From Candidatus Saccharimonadia bacterium (GTDB lineage: Bacteria; Patescibacteriota; Saccharimonadia; UBA4664): 64,000 nucleotides of DNA. The DNA is taken from assembly GCA_041743505.1 (NCBI GenBank), contig JBGTMQ010000020.1:17099-81098 (forward strand), written 5' to 3'. Numbering within the stretch: position 1 is the stretch's first letter; each line of letters starts with the position of its first letter. The translations under genes and the position numbers were made by a program. Below are positions 18,963-28,558 of this stretch, one piece after another. The notes under the pieces are model-generated. The model was not told where the DNA came from. It made no database searches and worked only from the letters and a program-made list of their open reading frames with translations.

Positions 18963-18997
18963 GGCGGTGGGATCGACACTATGTCGATCCCACCGCC
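18963..18997 (+). terminator. stem-loop terminator
   Basis: GGCGGTGGGATCGACA-cta-TGTCGATCCCACCGCC is a perfect 16-bp stem. Confidence 0.45.
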
Positions 18998-19024
18998 CCA
19001 CATCGCAATTATTCTGAAAAAAAA

Positions 19025-19045
19025 TCCGGCACCCGCCGGGTTTTT
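19025..19045 (+). terminator. rho-independent terminator
   Basis: CCGGCACCCGCCGG followed by TTTTTT. Confidence 0.6.
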
Positions 19046-19065
19046 TGTTCCCACTTCTAAAAAAT

Positions 19066-19090
19066 CAGCCCCGCCAACATGCGGCGGGGC
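19066..19090 (-). terminator. rho-independent terminator for minus-strand gene 19100..19618
   Basis: GCCCCGCC-aacatgc-GGCGGGGC, preceded on the plus strand by an A-run (a U-tract on the minus strand). Confidence 0.5.
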
Positions 19091-19099
19091 CTGGCGGAT

Positions 19100-19618
19100 T
19101 TAACCGCCGAGTTTATGCTTGAGATCAGCGAGGCCGGTGGCATAGGCCTGCAGGCGTCGGTCGCCAAGATCATTGAGGTCGGCCGGCTCGCAACCAATGG
19201 TTACCCGGCCGTCAGACAAAAGGTACATCCGAACTCGGGACTGGTCGCGATCAATCACACAAATGCTCCAGGCCGCGAACTTCTTGGTCTTGGGCCCCTC
19301 ATCGGCAGCCTCATCACCGGAAATTCTTTCCAGCAAGGTCTTGACGACGTCTGAAGCCATCTCTTTGATCAGAGCGCTAGGGCTGTAATCGGGCTCATCG
19401 TCCACGACCACATCAATCATGGTGCCATCCGGGAAGTTGTTAGCCCTGAGTAGCAGCAACACCACCGGGATATCGTTTCGGATCTGCCGGCGCAAGGCGT
19501 TGCGGCGCTGAGTCTTCTCTGAGCCCTGGCCGCCGTTGCCGCTGGTTGCTGCTCGCGCCTCGGTGCTGAGCCGCTCGCTGACTACATCTTCTGCCAGTCC
19601 CACTGGAACCACTCCCAT
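19100..19618 (-). CDS. hypothetical protein
   Basis: 172-aa ORF with coding-like composition and a terminator immediately downstream. Confidence 0.45.
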   Translation of the reverse strand: MGVVPVGLAEDVVSERLSTEARAATSGNGGQGSEKTQRRNALRRQIRNDIPVVLLLLRANNFPDGTMIDVVVDDEPDYSPSALIKEMASDVVKTLLERISGDEAADEGPKTKKFAAWSICVIDRDQSRVRMYLLSDGRVTIGCEPADLNDLGDRRLQAYATGLADLKHKLGG

Positions 19619-19711
19619 CTAAAGGAACACTCGGACTGTTTGTAACTTCGTACAACGTCCCCTATAGTAGCATAAAATCTAAACAAATCAAGCAATACGC
19701 ATCTCGTTACA

Positions 19712-19740
19712 TTGACGCAGATAACAAATAGCACCTATAA
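19712..19740 (+). promoter_or_regulatory. sigma70-like promoter (TTGACG-17-TATAAT) for NUDIX gene
   Basis: TTGACG at 19712-19717, a 17-bp spacer, then TATAAT at 19735-19740. Confidence 0.45.
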
Positions 19741-19764
19741 TCCGGAAGACTGAAGGGACAAACC

Positions 19765-20361
19765 ATGAAGCTCGATTTCGCCTGGGACAACGACGGTCAG
19801 TATCATCAATACTGCCTGCACTGCCATGCCGAGACAGTCAAATCGATCCAAGAAAACGGCCGGGCCGCCTACCACTGCGCCTCCTGTAGCCACACGCATG
19901 ACCGGTCCATTGTCATCGATCCGGCCATCAACTGGTGGATCGCTGCCGACGGTGAGTACTGGCATGAAAGCGCCGGCATATTTGTCCGTAACCCTCATGG
20001 CAAGTTTTTGTTCTTTGAACGGACGAAATTCCCGTTCGTTCTAACAATCCCGGCCGGCCATGTCAACGCCAATGAAGCCCCCGAAGCCAGTGCCGTACGC
20101 GAGCTCGCCGAAGAGGTCGGGATCCAGGCCACCGCACTAACCAAGATAGTCACAGATGATATCGTAGGCGACTCTTGCCGCCGCGGCTCCGACGCACACC
20201 GTTGGCATGCGTACCTCCTGGCCCTTGATAAGCCAGCCAATGTTCAAGTCAATGATGAAGGTGGCAACCCGGTCTGGCTGACGCTTGATGAGGTGGGAGG
20301 CAAGAATTTTTCATTTCCCACCAATTACATCATCAAGCACTATCCGGGCGCCTTTCAGTAA
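19765..20361 (+). CDS. NUDIX hydrolase with N-terminal zinc-ribbon
   Basis: Nudix box GHVNANEAPEASAVRELAEEVGI. The N-terminus has CLHCH...CASCSH. Confidence 0.8.
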   Translation: MKLDFAWDNDGQYHQYCLHCHAETVKSIQENGRAAYHCASCSHTHDRSIVIDPAINWWIAADGEYWHESAGIFVRNPHGKFLFFERTKFPFVLTIPAGHVNANEAPEASAVRELAEEVGIQATALTKIVTDDIVGDSCRRGSDAHRWHAYLLALDKPANVQVNDEGGNPVWLTLDEVGGKNFSFPTNYIIKHYPGAFQ

Positions 20362-20384
20362 CAAGCCCTGACTCAAAAAAAGCA

Positions 20385-20413
20385 GGCCCGACGATCTTCG
20401 TGATCGTCGGGCC
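20385..20413. terminator. bidirectional stem-loop terminator
   Basis: GGCCCGACGATC-ttcgt-GATCGTCGGGCC flanked by A/T runs. Confidence 0.5.
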
Positions 20414-20670
20414 AATATACTTACACGCAATCCGCCTTAAGCGGGGACGAGCCGGTAGCCGTGAATTTCACAGTGCTCCATCGGATCGCCGAGCCGGAGT
20501 ACTGCCCCTTCTTCGCAGCCGAATTCCGGGCAGACGAACACGGGCGCCGAAGGATAGCTTGGCCCCGGTGGGGTACAAACCCACTGAAAGGCATGATCGA
20601 TCCGGGTGACGAGGGTTCTTGCCCCTCCCCGGGCTCGTAAGCCTAAGCTAGCCATGTAAAACACCCGCTT

Positions 20671-20973
20671 TCAGGTCGACTGACCGGCTTGCGTCTGATC
20701 AGCGCGGCGCCAATAACCGGCGCTGCTGGTGAGCAAGCCAATAAACATCTTGCCGGGAAATTGCTCAGTAAATCTGTCACCGAGCTCCCGCAGCGGTTCA
20801 CCGGATAGATAGGTGGTACCCATAAACATAAACACCGCGCCGCACTCGCGGCACTGCGTGTCCTCGTCCGGGAACGCATTCGCCCCGCAGGCCGTGCATT
20901 CGGAATGAAACCGCCCGATGGCAATGGTGTGGTTGAATACATCGTCTGCAGCGGTCGGTCCGGCGATCGTCAT
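20671..20973 (-). CDS. zinc-ribbon hypothetical protein
   Basis: About 100 aa from MTIAGP, with CTAC...CREC motifs. Confidence 0.35.
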   Translation of the reverse strand: MTIAGPTAADDVFNHTIAIGRFHSECTACGANAFPDEDTQCRECGAVFMFMGTTYLSGEPLRELGDRFTEQFPGKMFIGLLTSSAGYWRRADQTQAGQST

Positions 20974-21071
20974 GTCAAACTTCTCTCTAGGAGTCGTGGC
21001 GCATGTCCACAAAGCAGCCATTGAAGTAAGCTGTTACTATTGTAGCACAAAATAAACTATTAGTCAAATAT

Positions 21072-22214
21072 CTACGCTACCTGTAGTTTCCTAACCTTGC
21101 TCAGCGAGTACCCGCAAACAACTAACAATGCTGTCCCGGTCACAACCATCAGCGCCAGGAAAGACGACGTATCCAATATCAGTCCCGCCACCGGTATATA
21201 GGCCGCGGCACCGAGCCGGCTCATGAGGCTACCCAGCGACAGAATGCTCGCCCGCTGAGTCGTCTCGATCGTCTGGTTCAGGGTAATATCAACAGCCGCA
21301 TCAATATAACCGCTCAGAATCCCCCCGATCCACAGCGCCCCAATCGAGACAGCTACCAGCTGGACGATACCTATCGGAATAATACTCAGCACAAACGCCA
21401 CAAACGCCACAACAATATGGCTGCGCCAGCCACGTTGGTAGAGCTTAATACCGAGTAAAGGCGTCAGCAAACTAATCCCCATAATGACACCCCAATAAGC
21501 CAGTGGAATACCCATTTGCTCCAATAACGGGTTAAAGAACCACTTAATGCTGACAATAAAGGCCATCACGCTAGCCGAGATAATTAATAAATGCAGAATA
21601 ATCGGCTTGGAACGGATGTGATCCAAGCTGGCAAAAGCCGTCATAAAAATGTTTGCCTGGCCACTTTTCACCACCGGCGACCTCACCGTCAGCACGAAAC
21701 CCGCCGCCAGTACATAGAACACGCCCGTTAAAATAAAAGGCAGATTAATACTTATCAGCGCCAGCAAAGAGCCAAGGGCCGTGGCAGTCACGTTAACGAG
21801 CGTGCCGTAAAACTTTACCTGGAGTTGGTCAGCCTTAAAATTACCCGATACCGCGTGTAGCAAGGCGGCATCGCTGCCCGAAACAAGAGAGATACCCAGG
21901 GCTGCGAAACTCAGGCATACCAGGTAGTACCCGAAGCTGGCGCCAAGCACCATCGCAATCAATGCCACCCCGGCAATGATATATCCCGCTACCAACGAAA
22001 CCTTATGGCCAAAATGATCACCCACCACCCCGGTCGGAAACTCCAGCGCCACGACGGCCAGATAATAAATACTAATCAGCTGAAAGGTCTGAGGCAATGA
22101 CATGTTGTGGTTCTGCAAAAACAGCACCCCAATTGCAATCCAGAATGCCGCGCTAGACGCCAAACGGGCGGCCTTTACCTTGGTCGCATCAGACACAGTG
22201 GCGGCAATTTTCAT
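21072..22214 (-). CDS. MFS transporter
   Basis: 12 TM helices. The MFS signature region is GVVGDHFGHKV. The palindrome TAAGTGTA-agta-TACACTTA abuts the start codon. Confidence 0.8.
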   Translation of the reverse strand: MKIAATVSDATKVKAARLASSAAFWIAIGVLFLQNHNMSLPQTFQLISIYYLAVVALEFPTGVVGDHFGHKVSLVAGYIIAGVALIAMVLGASFGYYLVCLSFAALGISLVSGSDAALLHAVSGNFKADQLQVKFYGTLVNVTATALGSLLALISINLPFILTGVFYVLAAGFVLTVRSPVVKSGQANIFMTAFASLDHIRSKPIILHLLIISASVMAFIVSIKWFFNPLLEQMGIPLAYWGVIMGISLLTPLLGIKLYQRGWRSHIVVAFVAFVLSIIPIGIVQLVAVSIGALWIGGILSGYIDAAVDITLNQTIETTQRASILSLGSLMSRLGAAAYIPVAGLILDTSSFLALMVVTGTALLVVCGYSLSKVRKLQVA

Positions 22215-22411
22215 AAGTGTAAGTATACACTTAGCGTGCCTTCACGGGCACGATAACCGCAATAGGCCCCGGTCCAACCGATCGGGGCCTAGTTATTAAT
22301 AAAACACCTACCATTACAAGACAGTTACCCCAAAAAACTGCTCGATATCGGACGCCTTTTTGTGAGAACAAACCACTAGCCCATTAAGCATAAGCAATAT
22401 AATATAACAAC

Positions 22412-23347
22412 ATGAAATATAAATGGCGCTACTACGCCCTTGCCATTGTTGTCTGGTTAAGCTACGTTGCATTGACGTACAATCCAGCGCAACACGCTAT
22501 TTCGGCCGAAAAATATCATATCTCAGAGGCCGCTATGCTGCTCGTGATCGCCAGCGTTCAGCTCCCGTTCCTCGTCTGCTGGCTATTTGCAGCCACGGGC
22601 TGGCTATATTTCCGCCAATACGTGAGCAGTCTTCCCGGCAATGCCGCTGACCGCCGGGGCTACCGTCTCTTGCTGTGGGGTCTGCTGGTGCTTATTTTGG
22701 GGCTTATTGTACCCTCGCTCATCCGGGCGGTGTATGCCAACTATGCCGGTGTCGAACCGGGACCGGTGCACACCTGGGTCAGAACTTACTCCACCCTCAT
22801 TTTCCCGCTCATCGGCTTCTTTTTGGCTTCAGTCGGTTCGGCCCAGCTGCTTGAGAGTCTCAAACTAAAAGTCGAGCCCTGGTATAAGTCCATGACTGCC
22901 ATCATCCCCATGGCGGTTTTTGCCGTTTTCTACCTCAGCCTCATCTTTACCAATCCCGCCCGCCAGATCTCGTCTAATCCGGCCATCCCCGCCACTTACT
23001 ACCTGCCCGATCTGGCCATTATCTTAACCATCGTCATCCCGGTTATCGCCACCTGGGCTTTTGGATTCCGCATGGTGCTCAATCTGGAGCACTACAGCCA
23101 TTATGTCGACCCGCAGCACAAGCCCGCCCTCATCAACATCTATAATGGTGCCTTAACGATCATTGGTAGCGTCATCTTGCAGCAAGTATTAGCCTCACTC
23201 GGACCCAGCCGGCTGACCGGACTCAATTTGGGCCTGATCCTCACGCTGGTGTATATCCTCCTGCTCGTCATCGGCATTGGCTATGCCTTAATTGCTCGCG
23301 GCGCCAAACAGCTCGCTGTCGCGGGTGCGCCCAAGGTTGCGGACTAG
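22412..23347 (+). CDS. polytopic membrane protein of unknown function (co-transcribed with histidine kinase)
   Basis: 311 aa with about 8 TM helices. Ends 4 nt before the kinase gene. Confidence 0.55.
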   Translation: MKYKWRYYALAIVVWLSYVALTYNPAQHAISAEKYHISEAAMLLVIASVQLPFLVCWLFAATGWLYFRQYVSSLPGNAADRRGYRLLLWGLLVLILGLIVPSLIRAVYANYAGVEPGPVHTWVRTYSTLIFPLIGFFLASVGSAQLLESLKLKVEPWYKSMTAIIPMAVFAVFYLSLIFTNPARQISSNPAIPATYYLPDLAIILTIVIPVIATWAFGFRMVLNLEHYSHYVDPQHKPALINIYNGALTIIGSVILQQVLASLGPSRLTGLNLGLILTLVYILLLVIGIGYALIARGAKQLAVAGAPKVAD

Positions 23348-23350
23348 GCC

Positions 23351-25060
23351 ATGTCCGTCATCCAAAAATTAGTTCTGTCGTTCTTGGCGCTGGCGTTAGG
23401 GCCGGTCCTCCTGATCGCCCCGTTAATCTACTTCAGCATTAGCCAAACCCTCGCCCAGCAAGCCCATCAGCGGCTGGAATCAGTCGCCATTATTCAGGCC
23501 GACTGGGCGCAAAAAGTCGTCAATCACAACCGGGACCGGCTCACCACGCTAACCCTCAAGCCTGAGCTGGCCTCAGGCCTCGACCGGCTGAGCCGTGGGC
23601 CGGCCTCCTCAGACCGCGCCCGCCTCAACGAGCTCCTGCTAGCTACGAAGAGCCAATCCGATAGCTACACCACCGTTGTCGTAGCCGACCCGAATGGCGC
23701 CGTGGTCAGCGCTACCGATCCGGCGCGGCTCGGCCAAAGCGTCGCTGCCCAGGCCGCCTTTCAGACCGGCCGGCAACGAGCTGACGTCTCCAATCACTTC
23801 TTTACTCTGCCTTCAGGCCAAGACGGGCTTTACCTGACCGCCCCGGTCAAGCACCAGGGCCGGCTCGTCGGCGTCGTGCTCATCGAGTCCAATGCTGCCG
23901 GCTTCGCTACGGCCGTCCAAAATCACGCCGGCCTCGGCACCAGCGGGGAAGTGGTACTGCTAAAACAGAACCAGTCCCCGGACTATCAGGCTAATGCCGT
24001 ACTGGCCGTCACCCGGCCCATTGAAGGAACCAACTGGCACCTGGTTGTCAAAATGGACCAATCCGAAGCGTATGCGCCGCTCGCCGGCCTACGCGACACC
24101 TTCCTCATCCTCATCTTTGTCGTCCTGGTTATCGCTGTCTTTGCCGCCCTCTTTGTGGCCCGCTCCACCATCGATCCGGTCATCACCCTCGCCCGGGCTG
24201 CTGAGCTCATGAGCAAGGGTGACCTGTCCCAGCGCGTACCCGTAACCTCGAAAGACGAGCTTGGCAGCCTCGCCACCGCCTTCAACAACATGGCCGGCGG
24301 CCTCGAGAAGATCGACCTGGCCAAGTCCGAGTTCATCACCCTCATGTCACACCAGCTCCGCACCCCGGCCACCGCCGTCAAAGGTTTCATGGCCATGGTG
24401 CTCGACGGCTATGCCGGCAAACTTACGGCCAAACAAAACAAGCTCCTCCAGGCCGCCTATCACGAAAACGAGCGCCAAATGCGCATCGTCGATGACATCC
24501 TGCTGGTCGAAGCCGCCAACACCAACCAAATGGGCCTCATAAAAGCCCCCACCAATCTCACTAGCCTCATCACTGAGGCCGTTGCCGCCCAAGACGGCAT
24601 TTTCCGCGAGCATGAGCAGAAGATCATCGTTAGCCAGCCCAAAGGCTCGATTATGCTCACGTTAGACGAAGAAAAAATCCGCATGGTCCTCGAAAATCTC
24701 ATCAACAACGCCAGCAAATACTCACCGGACCAGACCGAGATTCGCGTTACCGTCAAGCGTGAAAACCGTGGCGCCGCCATCAGCATTACCGATCAGGGCT
24801 TCGGTATCGCTCCCGCCGATATCAGTAAACTATTCCAGCGCTTCTCGCGCCTGCCTAATCCGAATACCACCCAGGCCCAAGGCAGCGGTCTCGGCCTCTA
24901 TCTCGTCAAAAAAATCATCCAACTTCACGAAGGAGACATCACTATCACCTCTGAAGTCGGTAAAGGTACCACCATCACCGTCCATTTGCCCGGACCTGGC
25001 CACAGTTTGTCTCCGGTTTCAGTCGCGCAAGCCAGTCCCGTACCGCCCGGCACCTCCTAA
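23351..25060 (+). CDS. sensor histidine kinase (extracytoplasmic sensor domain - HAMP - HisKA - HATPase_c)
   Basis: Two TM segments bracket a sensor domain of about 200 aa. A HAMP domain follows, then the H-box (LMSHQLRTPATAVKGF) and N/G1/G2 boxes (NLINNASKYS...DQGFGI...GSGLGL). Confidence 0.85.
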   Translation: MSVIQKLVLSFLALALGPVLLIAPLIYFSISQTLAQQAHQRLESVAIIQADWAQKVVNHNRDRLTTLTLKPELASGLDRLSRGPASSDRARLNELLLATKSQSDSYTTVVVADPNGAVVSATDPARLGQSVAAQAAFQTGRQRADVSNHFFTLPSGQDGLYLTAPVKHQGRLVGVVLIESNAAGFATAVQNHAGLGTSGEVVLLKQNQSPDYQANAVLAVTRPIEGTNWHLVVKMDQSEAYAPLAGLRDTFLILIFVVLVIAVFAALFVARSTIDPVITLARAAELMSKGDLSQRVPVTSKDELGSLATAFNNMAGGLEKIDLAKSEFITLMSHQLRTPATAVKGFMAMVLDGYAGKLTAKQNKLLQAAYHENERQMRIVDDILLVEAANTNQMGLIKAPTNLTSLITEAVAAQDGIFREHEQKIIVSQPKGSIMLTLDEEKIRMVLENLINNASKYSPDQTEIRVTVKRENRGAAISITDQGFGIAPADISKLFQRFSRLPNPNTTQAQGSGLGLYLVKKIIQLHEGDITITSEVGKGTTITVHLPGPGHSLSPVSVAQASPVPPGTS

Positions 25061-25085
25061 ATAGATCGGCCGGACACATGAAAAC

Positions 25086-25113
25086 GGCGCCCAAACATCG
25101 GTGTTTGGGCGCC
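25086..25113. terminator. bidirectional stem-loop terminator
   Basis: GGCGCCCAAACA-tcgg-TGTTTGGGCGCC. Confidence 0.5.
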
Positions 25114-25143
25114 ATATATAGTCTGCAAGGCGCACCCCCGGAC

Positions 25144-25614
25144 CTATGCACGTTTCTTTCTTCGGATCGTGCGCCGGATGGGGCCGGCCGCCGCAGCTGC
25201 TACGTCACGCCAGGCCTCAGGATTCTTAATCCTCAATGAGATTGCCGCCTGGTGAACGCCCTCACGGACACTAGCCAGTAGTTCGCTCCGTAGGGCCGCC
25301 TGGAGCACCCGGGTTAGGTAGCGCTGCTCTGTCTGGCCGTCCTTGGTGCGGTCAATACCCAGGGCGCCTCCCACCATACCGGCCAGCTGCCGGTCGGCTA
25401 TCTCCACCCGGCCATGCTGCGTCCGCCGCCGCCGTATAATCACCACCGCCAAAGCGATAACCAGGCCAACAATCCACCGCTCCGAATGAAGCGGCGAACC
25501 GGCCTGCAACATCCGCTGCCAGGTCGTCTCATCAATGCCAAAATAACCGGTCAGAGTTCGCCTGGTATCCTCTACAATGCCTTGCTCGTCATCATTCAGT
25601 CGGGACTCAGGCAT
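25144..25614 (-). CDS. hypothetical membrane-anchored protein
   Basis: 156 aa with a central TM segment and an Arg-rich C-terminus. Confidence 0.4.
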   Translation of the reverse strand: MPESRLNDDEQGIVEDTRRTLTGYFGIDETTWQRMLQAGSPLHSERWIVGLVIALAVVIIRRRRTQHGRVEIADRQLAGMVGGALGIDRTKDGQTEQRYLTRVLQAALRSELLASVREGVHQAAISLRIKNPEAWRDVAAAAAGPIRRTIRRKKRA

Positions 25615-25699
25615 ATCACTTCCTCTCAGATCCCGCCGTACTCAAGCGTTTGCTGTGAGCTAGATAGATTATACAGCCGGCACCTGAAACCTTTGCCTA

Positions 25700-25823
25700 G
25701 GTACTAGAATTTTTCTAATAGTTGCCAAAACAACGCAAAATCAAGCATAATAATAGCTCCATAAAGCCATTATACAGCCATCATGTAAGTGTACCTTTCC
25801 TGACTAGAAAAATTCTAGTACCC
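25700..25823. repeat. ~123-bp repeat element with palindromic inverted termini, copy 1
   Basis: Left end GGTACTAGAATTTTTCTAATAG and right end ACTAGAAAAATTCTAGTACC. The same family occurs at 29797-29918 and 40341-40463. Confidence 0.6.
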
Positions 25824-25883
25824 ACGGGCAGGGGATGGCGTACAGACCAAGAGTCACCGCAAACACCAGAAACCCCGGCAACA

Positions 25884-25913
25884 CTTGACATATTTCCGTT
25901 AAACGTGATATAA
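25884..25913 (+). promoter_or_regulatory. sigma70-like promoter (TTGACA-18-TATAAT)
   Basis: TTGACA at 25884 and TATAAT at 25908, upstream of the 25958 gene and its RBS GAGGAG. Confidence 0.45.
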
Positions 25914-25957
25914 TAGTAAGATCTGTTGATTGAAAACTCAGGTCAGAGGAGACTAGC

Positions 25958-26293
25958 ATGCTCTGCATTTGCGACCATCTTGCCAGCCTTGTCAACTACT
26001 CCGGCGCCAACTTGTCACGCCTATCCAACCAGGCCGCCGCGGCGGCCTGGTTGGATGAGTACAACGCTCTCGCCGGCGACCCGGAAATCCAAGGTGAGCC
26101 CCTCACCGTGGAAGATATGGGTGATCTTGACTGGTACGACCAGGACGGCTACCGCCTGGTGGCATACGTTCGAACCGAGTCCGGCAACCTCGTCCTCTAC
26201 CTGGACGATGACGGCCCCACTCACCGCATCATGTGCCGTCCTCTCCAGAGCACGGACCGGTGTCCGCCCGAACTCTTGCTGGCAATCATCTGA
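25958..26293 (+). CDS. hypothetical protein
   Basis: 111 aa with a good promoter and RBS. Confidence 0.45.
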   Translation: MLCICDHLASLVNYSGANLSRLSNQAAAAAWLDEYNALAGDPEIQGEPLTVEDMGDLDWYDQDGYRLVAYVRTESGNLVLYLDDDGPTHRIMCRPLQSTDRCPPELLLAII

Positions 26294-26403
26294 CCCTACA
26301 ACGATCAACAGATACTCCCGGGCTTTAGCTATTGCAGCTAGCCCGGGAGAATCTCGCAATTATCAAAACAGGCTCCATTTGGGAGTCTGTTTTTTTGTCT
26401 GCC

Positions 26404-26784
26404 CTAAATCTCGCCTGTCTTTTTAGGCAATTCCTGGACCGACCATTTATTCCCATCCGGATCGCTAAAATACACAAACCTGCCCCATGCCAAATCCTCG
26501 ATATCACTTACGTCAACCCCGCGGCTCGCCAAGTGTTCATGTGCCTTTTCGATGTCCGCCACCACCATCTGCACGCCCTCAAGCGAACCCGGCTTCATTT
26601 CCGTCAACCCGGTGCCAATATAAATCGAACAAGCCGAACCGGGCGGCGTCAGCTGCACAAAACGCAAATTTTCATTTACTTGCTGGTCGTGATCGGCCAC
26701 AAATCCCACCTTCTCTGTATAAAAAGCCTTAGCCCGGTCTACATCGCCTACCGGCACCGGTACAAGCTCAAGTTTCCAATCCAT
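26404..26784 (-). CDS. VOC (glyoxalase) family protein
   Basis: 126 aa with a glyoxalase-like fold signature (VGDVDRAKAFYTEKVGF...FSDPDGNKW). Confidence 0.75.
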   Translation of the reverse strand: MDWKLELVPVPVGDVDRAKAFYTEKVGFVADHDQQVNENLRFVQLTPPGSACSIYIGTGLTEMKPGSLEGVQMVVADIEKAHEHLASRGVDVSDIEDLAWGRFVYFSDPDGNKWSVQELPKKTGEI

Positions 26785-27044
26785 AAAACATCCTCCTCAG
26801 AGTCCTTTAATGATCCTTTTATTCATTATACGTCCACTCGGCCACAATATTTTGCGGTATTTTTAATGGCCGGCCCAGACGTATAATAAAAGCAACTTCT
26901 ACTAAGCCCACCACAAGAAGCACCTATGCACAAGCTCTCCGCCGGCGTCTCAAAAACATGGTAAAAATAACTTGACATAACACTAAATATCATGATATAA
27001 AGATACCACTGCCTACCAGGTTGTACCCAACGAAATGAGTCGCC

Positions 27045-27446
27045 ATGACCCAGCCCGACCCCGGCCTCCCGCCAGACGAGCAGGTTGTCCGGCAGCCAGA
27101 TCCGCTACTTCTTCGCAAGCTCATGGACCTCCTGGACTCGGAAACCGGCTCTTACAGCATCCTCTTCCACGAAGGTGGCGTCGATGGAGCCCCGCTGCAA
27201 TTCCCGTTCATTCGAGCCGGGAATGGCCGGTCATCCCCTAAGGGAGGTGTCCGGTTCGACATCGGTGATCCACTGCCCAGGCCGGACCTCGCGTTCCTGT
27301 ATCAAGCCAGGCACTCCATGCCCCCGCTCACAGGGGCAGGCCCGCTCACCGAGGCAGATTGGTTTGGTCCCATCACCCCGCCAGACCCAGCCCCGGAAAC
27401 CGGTTTCAACCAGGCCTTATATGAACAACTCTTGCATTTTGTTTGA
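27045..27446 (+). CDS. hypothetical protein (possibly the 5' part of a frameshifted gene)
   Basis: 133 aa. Overlaps the next ORF by 26 nt in a different frame. Confidence 0.35.
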   Translation: MTQPDPGLPPDEQVVRQPDPLLLRKLMDLLDSETGSYSILFHEGGVDGAPLQFPFIRAGNGRSSPKGGVRFDIGDPLPRPDLAFLYQARHSMPPLTGAGPLTEADWFGPITPPDPAPETGFNQALYEQLLHFV

Positions 27447-27789
27447 TGATGCCGGCCGCCTCATACCCCCGCTGTTCCCACCCGACGCCCAGGAAAGAGT
27501 GACTGTGGCCTCGTCTCCGTTTCCCACACCCGATGAGGTAGACGCCCGCTGGGCCGACCAGACCGGACCCGCGTACGACCAGTTCAAGTCTCTCGTCGAC
27601 AAGAAACTAAAGCAAGGGCCGGCTAGTCAAGGCGTTTATTCCGTGGACATCCCGCACAACGTCCCTCAGGATGTAGTGGCGCGGGTCAGAGCTGAACTGG
27701 CCCTCTCAGGCTGGGACACCACCCAAGGGTCCAGTGCCAAGAACGAGCCGTACATGGAGTTCTGGCGCAAGTCCCGCCCAATCACCTAG
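27421..27789 (+). CDS. hypothetical protein (possibly the 3' part of a frameshifted gene)
   Basis: The coding-looking part begins at MNNSCILF. The upstream part of the track ORF is out-of-frame-like (Ser/Arg-rich). Confidence 0.35.
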   Translation: MNNSCILFDDAGRLIPPLFPPDAQERVTVASSPFPTPDEVDARWADQTGPAYDQFKSLVDKKLKQGPASQGVYSVDIPHNVPQDVVARVRAELALSGWDTTQGSSAKNEPYMEFWRKSRPIT

Positions 27790-27910
27790 CGTACACGCTC
27801 CATCAACAGCCCCCGGCCCGCAAAGCCGGGGGCGAATTATGCGGTACACCCTAAACTCCTTCAGCAACAAAATTAGCGCATCACTCATAAGTAATGCGCT
27901 TTAGGTACTG

Positions 27911-28345
27911 CTACCACTCTCCACAGAGGCCTGCTTTCTGCAAACGTTGCTTGAGAGGGGCATAATCATTGTTTGTTGCAACGAGGTAAACCTCCTGGGT
28001 CGTGCGGCCATAGGCAGCATCGCACTTCAGCGCGCTAATGCGGTCACCGAGCCGGGCGTAGCGCGTTACTTGAAAGCTAAAACCGCCTCCACCGCGTGCC
28101 CGTTTTCTAGGCTGTTTCGCATCGACTGACTGGCTCCGCACACCGCTACCGTCCACCGTTGTAGTGACCGCATGCTTTTTATTAGTGCGGCCAATGCGGC
28201 GCCTGGGCTTTATAGCGCCCAGGCGGATCTGGGAAATCTCCGGCCATGGTTCAATGCTGCTCAAGAACCTCATCAAACCTTCGACCTGGGTTGAATGTGC
28301 ACCGACTAAGATCTTGCCCCGCCGATGCCTCATAGGGTGCGCCAT
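27911..28345 (-). CDS. basic hypothetical protein
   Basis: 144 aa, Arg/Lys-rich. Weak RBS. Confidence 0.3.
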   Translation of the reverse strand: MAHPMRHRRGKILVGAHSTQVEGLMRFLSSIEPWPEISQIRLGAIKPRRRIGRTNKKHAVTTTVDGSGVRSQSVDAKQPRKRARGGGGFSFQVTRYARLGDRISALKCDAAYGRTTQEVYLVATNNDYAPLKQRLQKAGLCGEW

Positions 28346-28558
28346 GTCGTACCTTTCGCAGGGGACTGGAAAGTATATTAAAGCATAAGATCAAGCGTAA
28401 CGCTACATCTTGTATAATATAGAGCCGCTCGCGAAAGCTCCTTGGGGCGACACCTTTGGCATGTTCGCTGACAAGTATGGCATAGAATGGTTGGTCAACA
28501 TCGCCGGTCAATAATCCTAATATTGTACTGATAATTTAGTCCTTGCCATAAATAAAGC

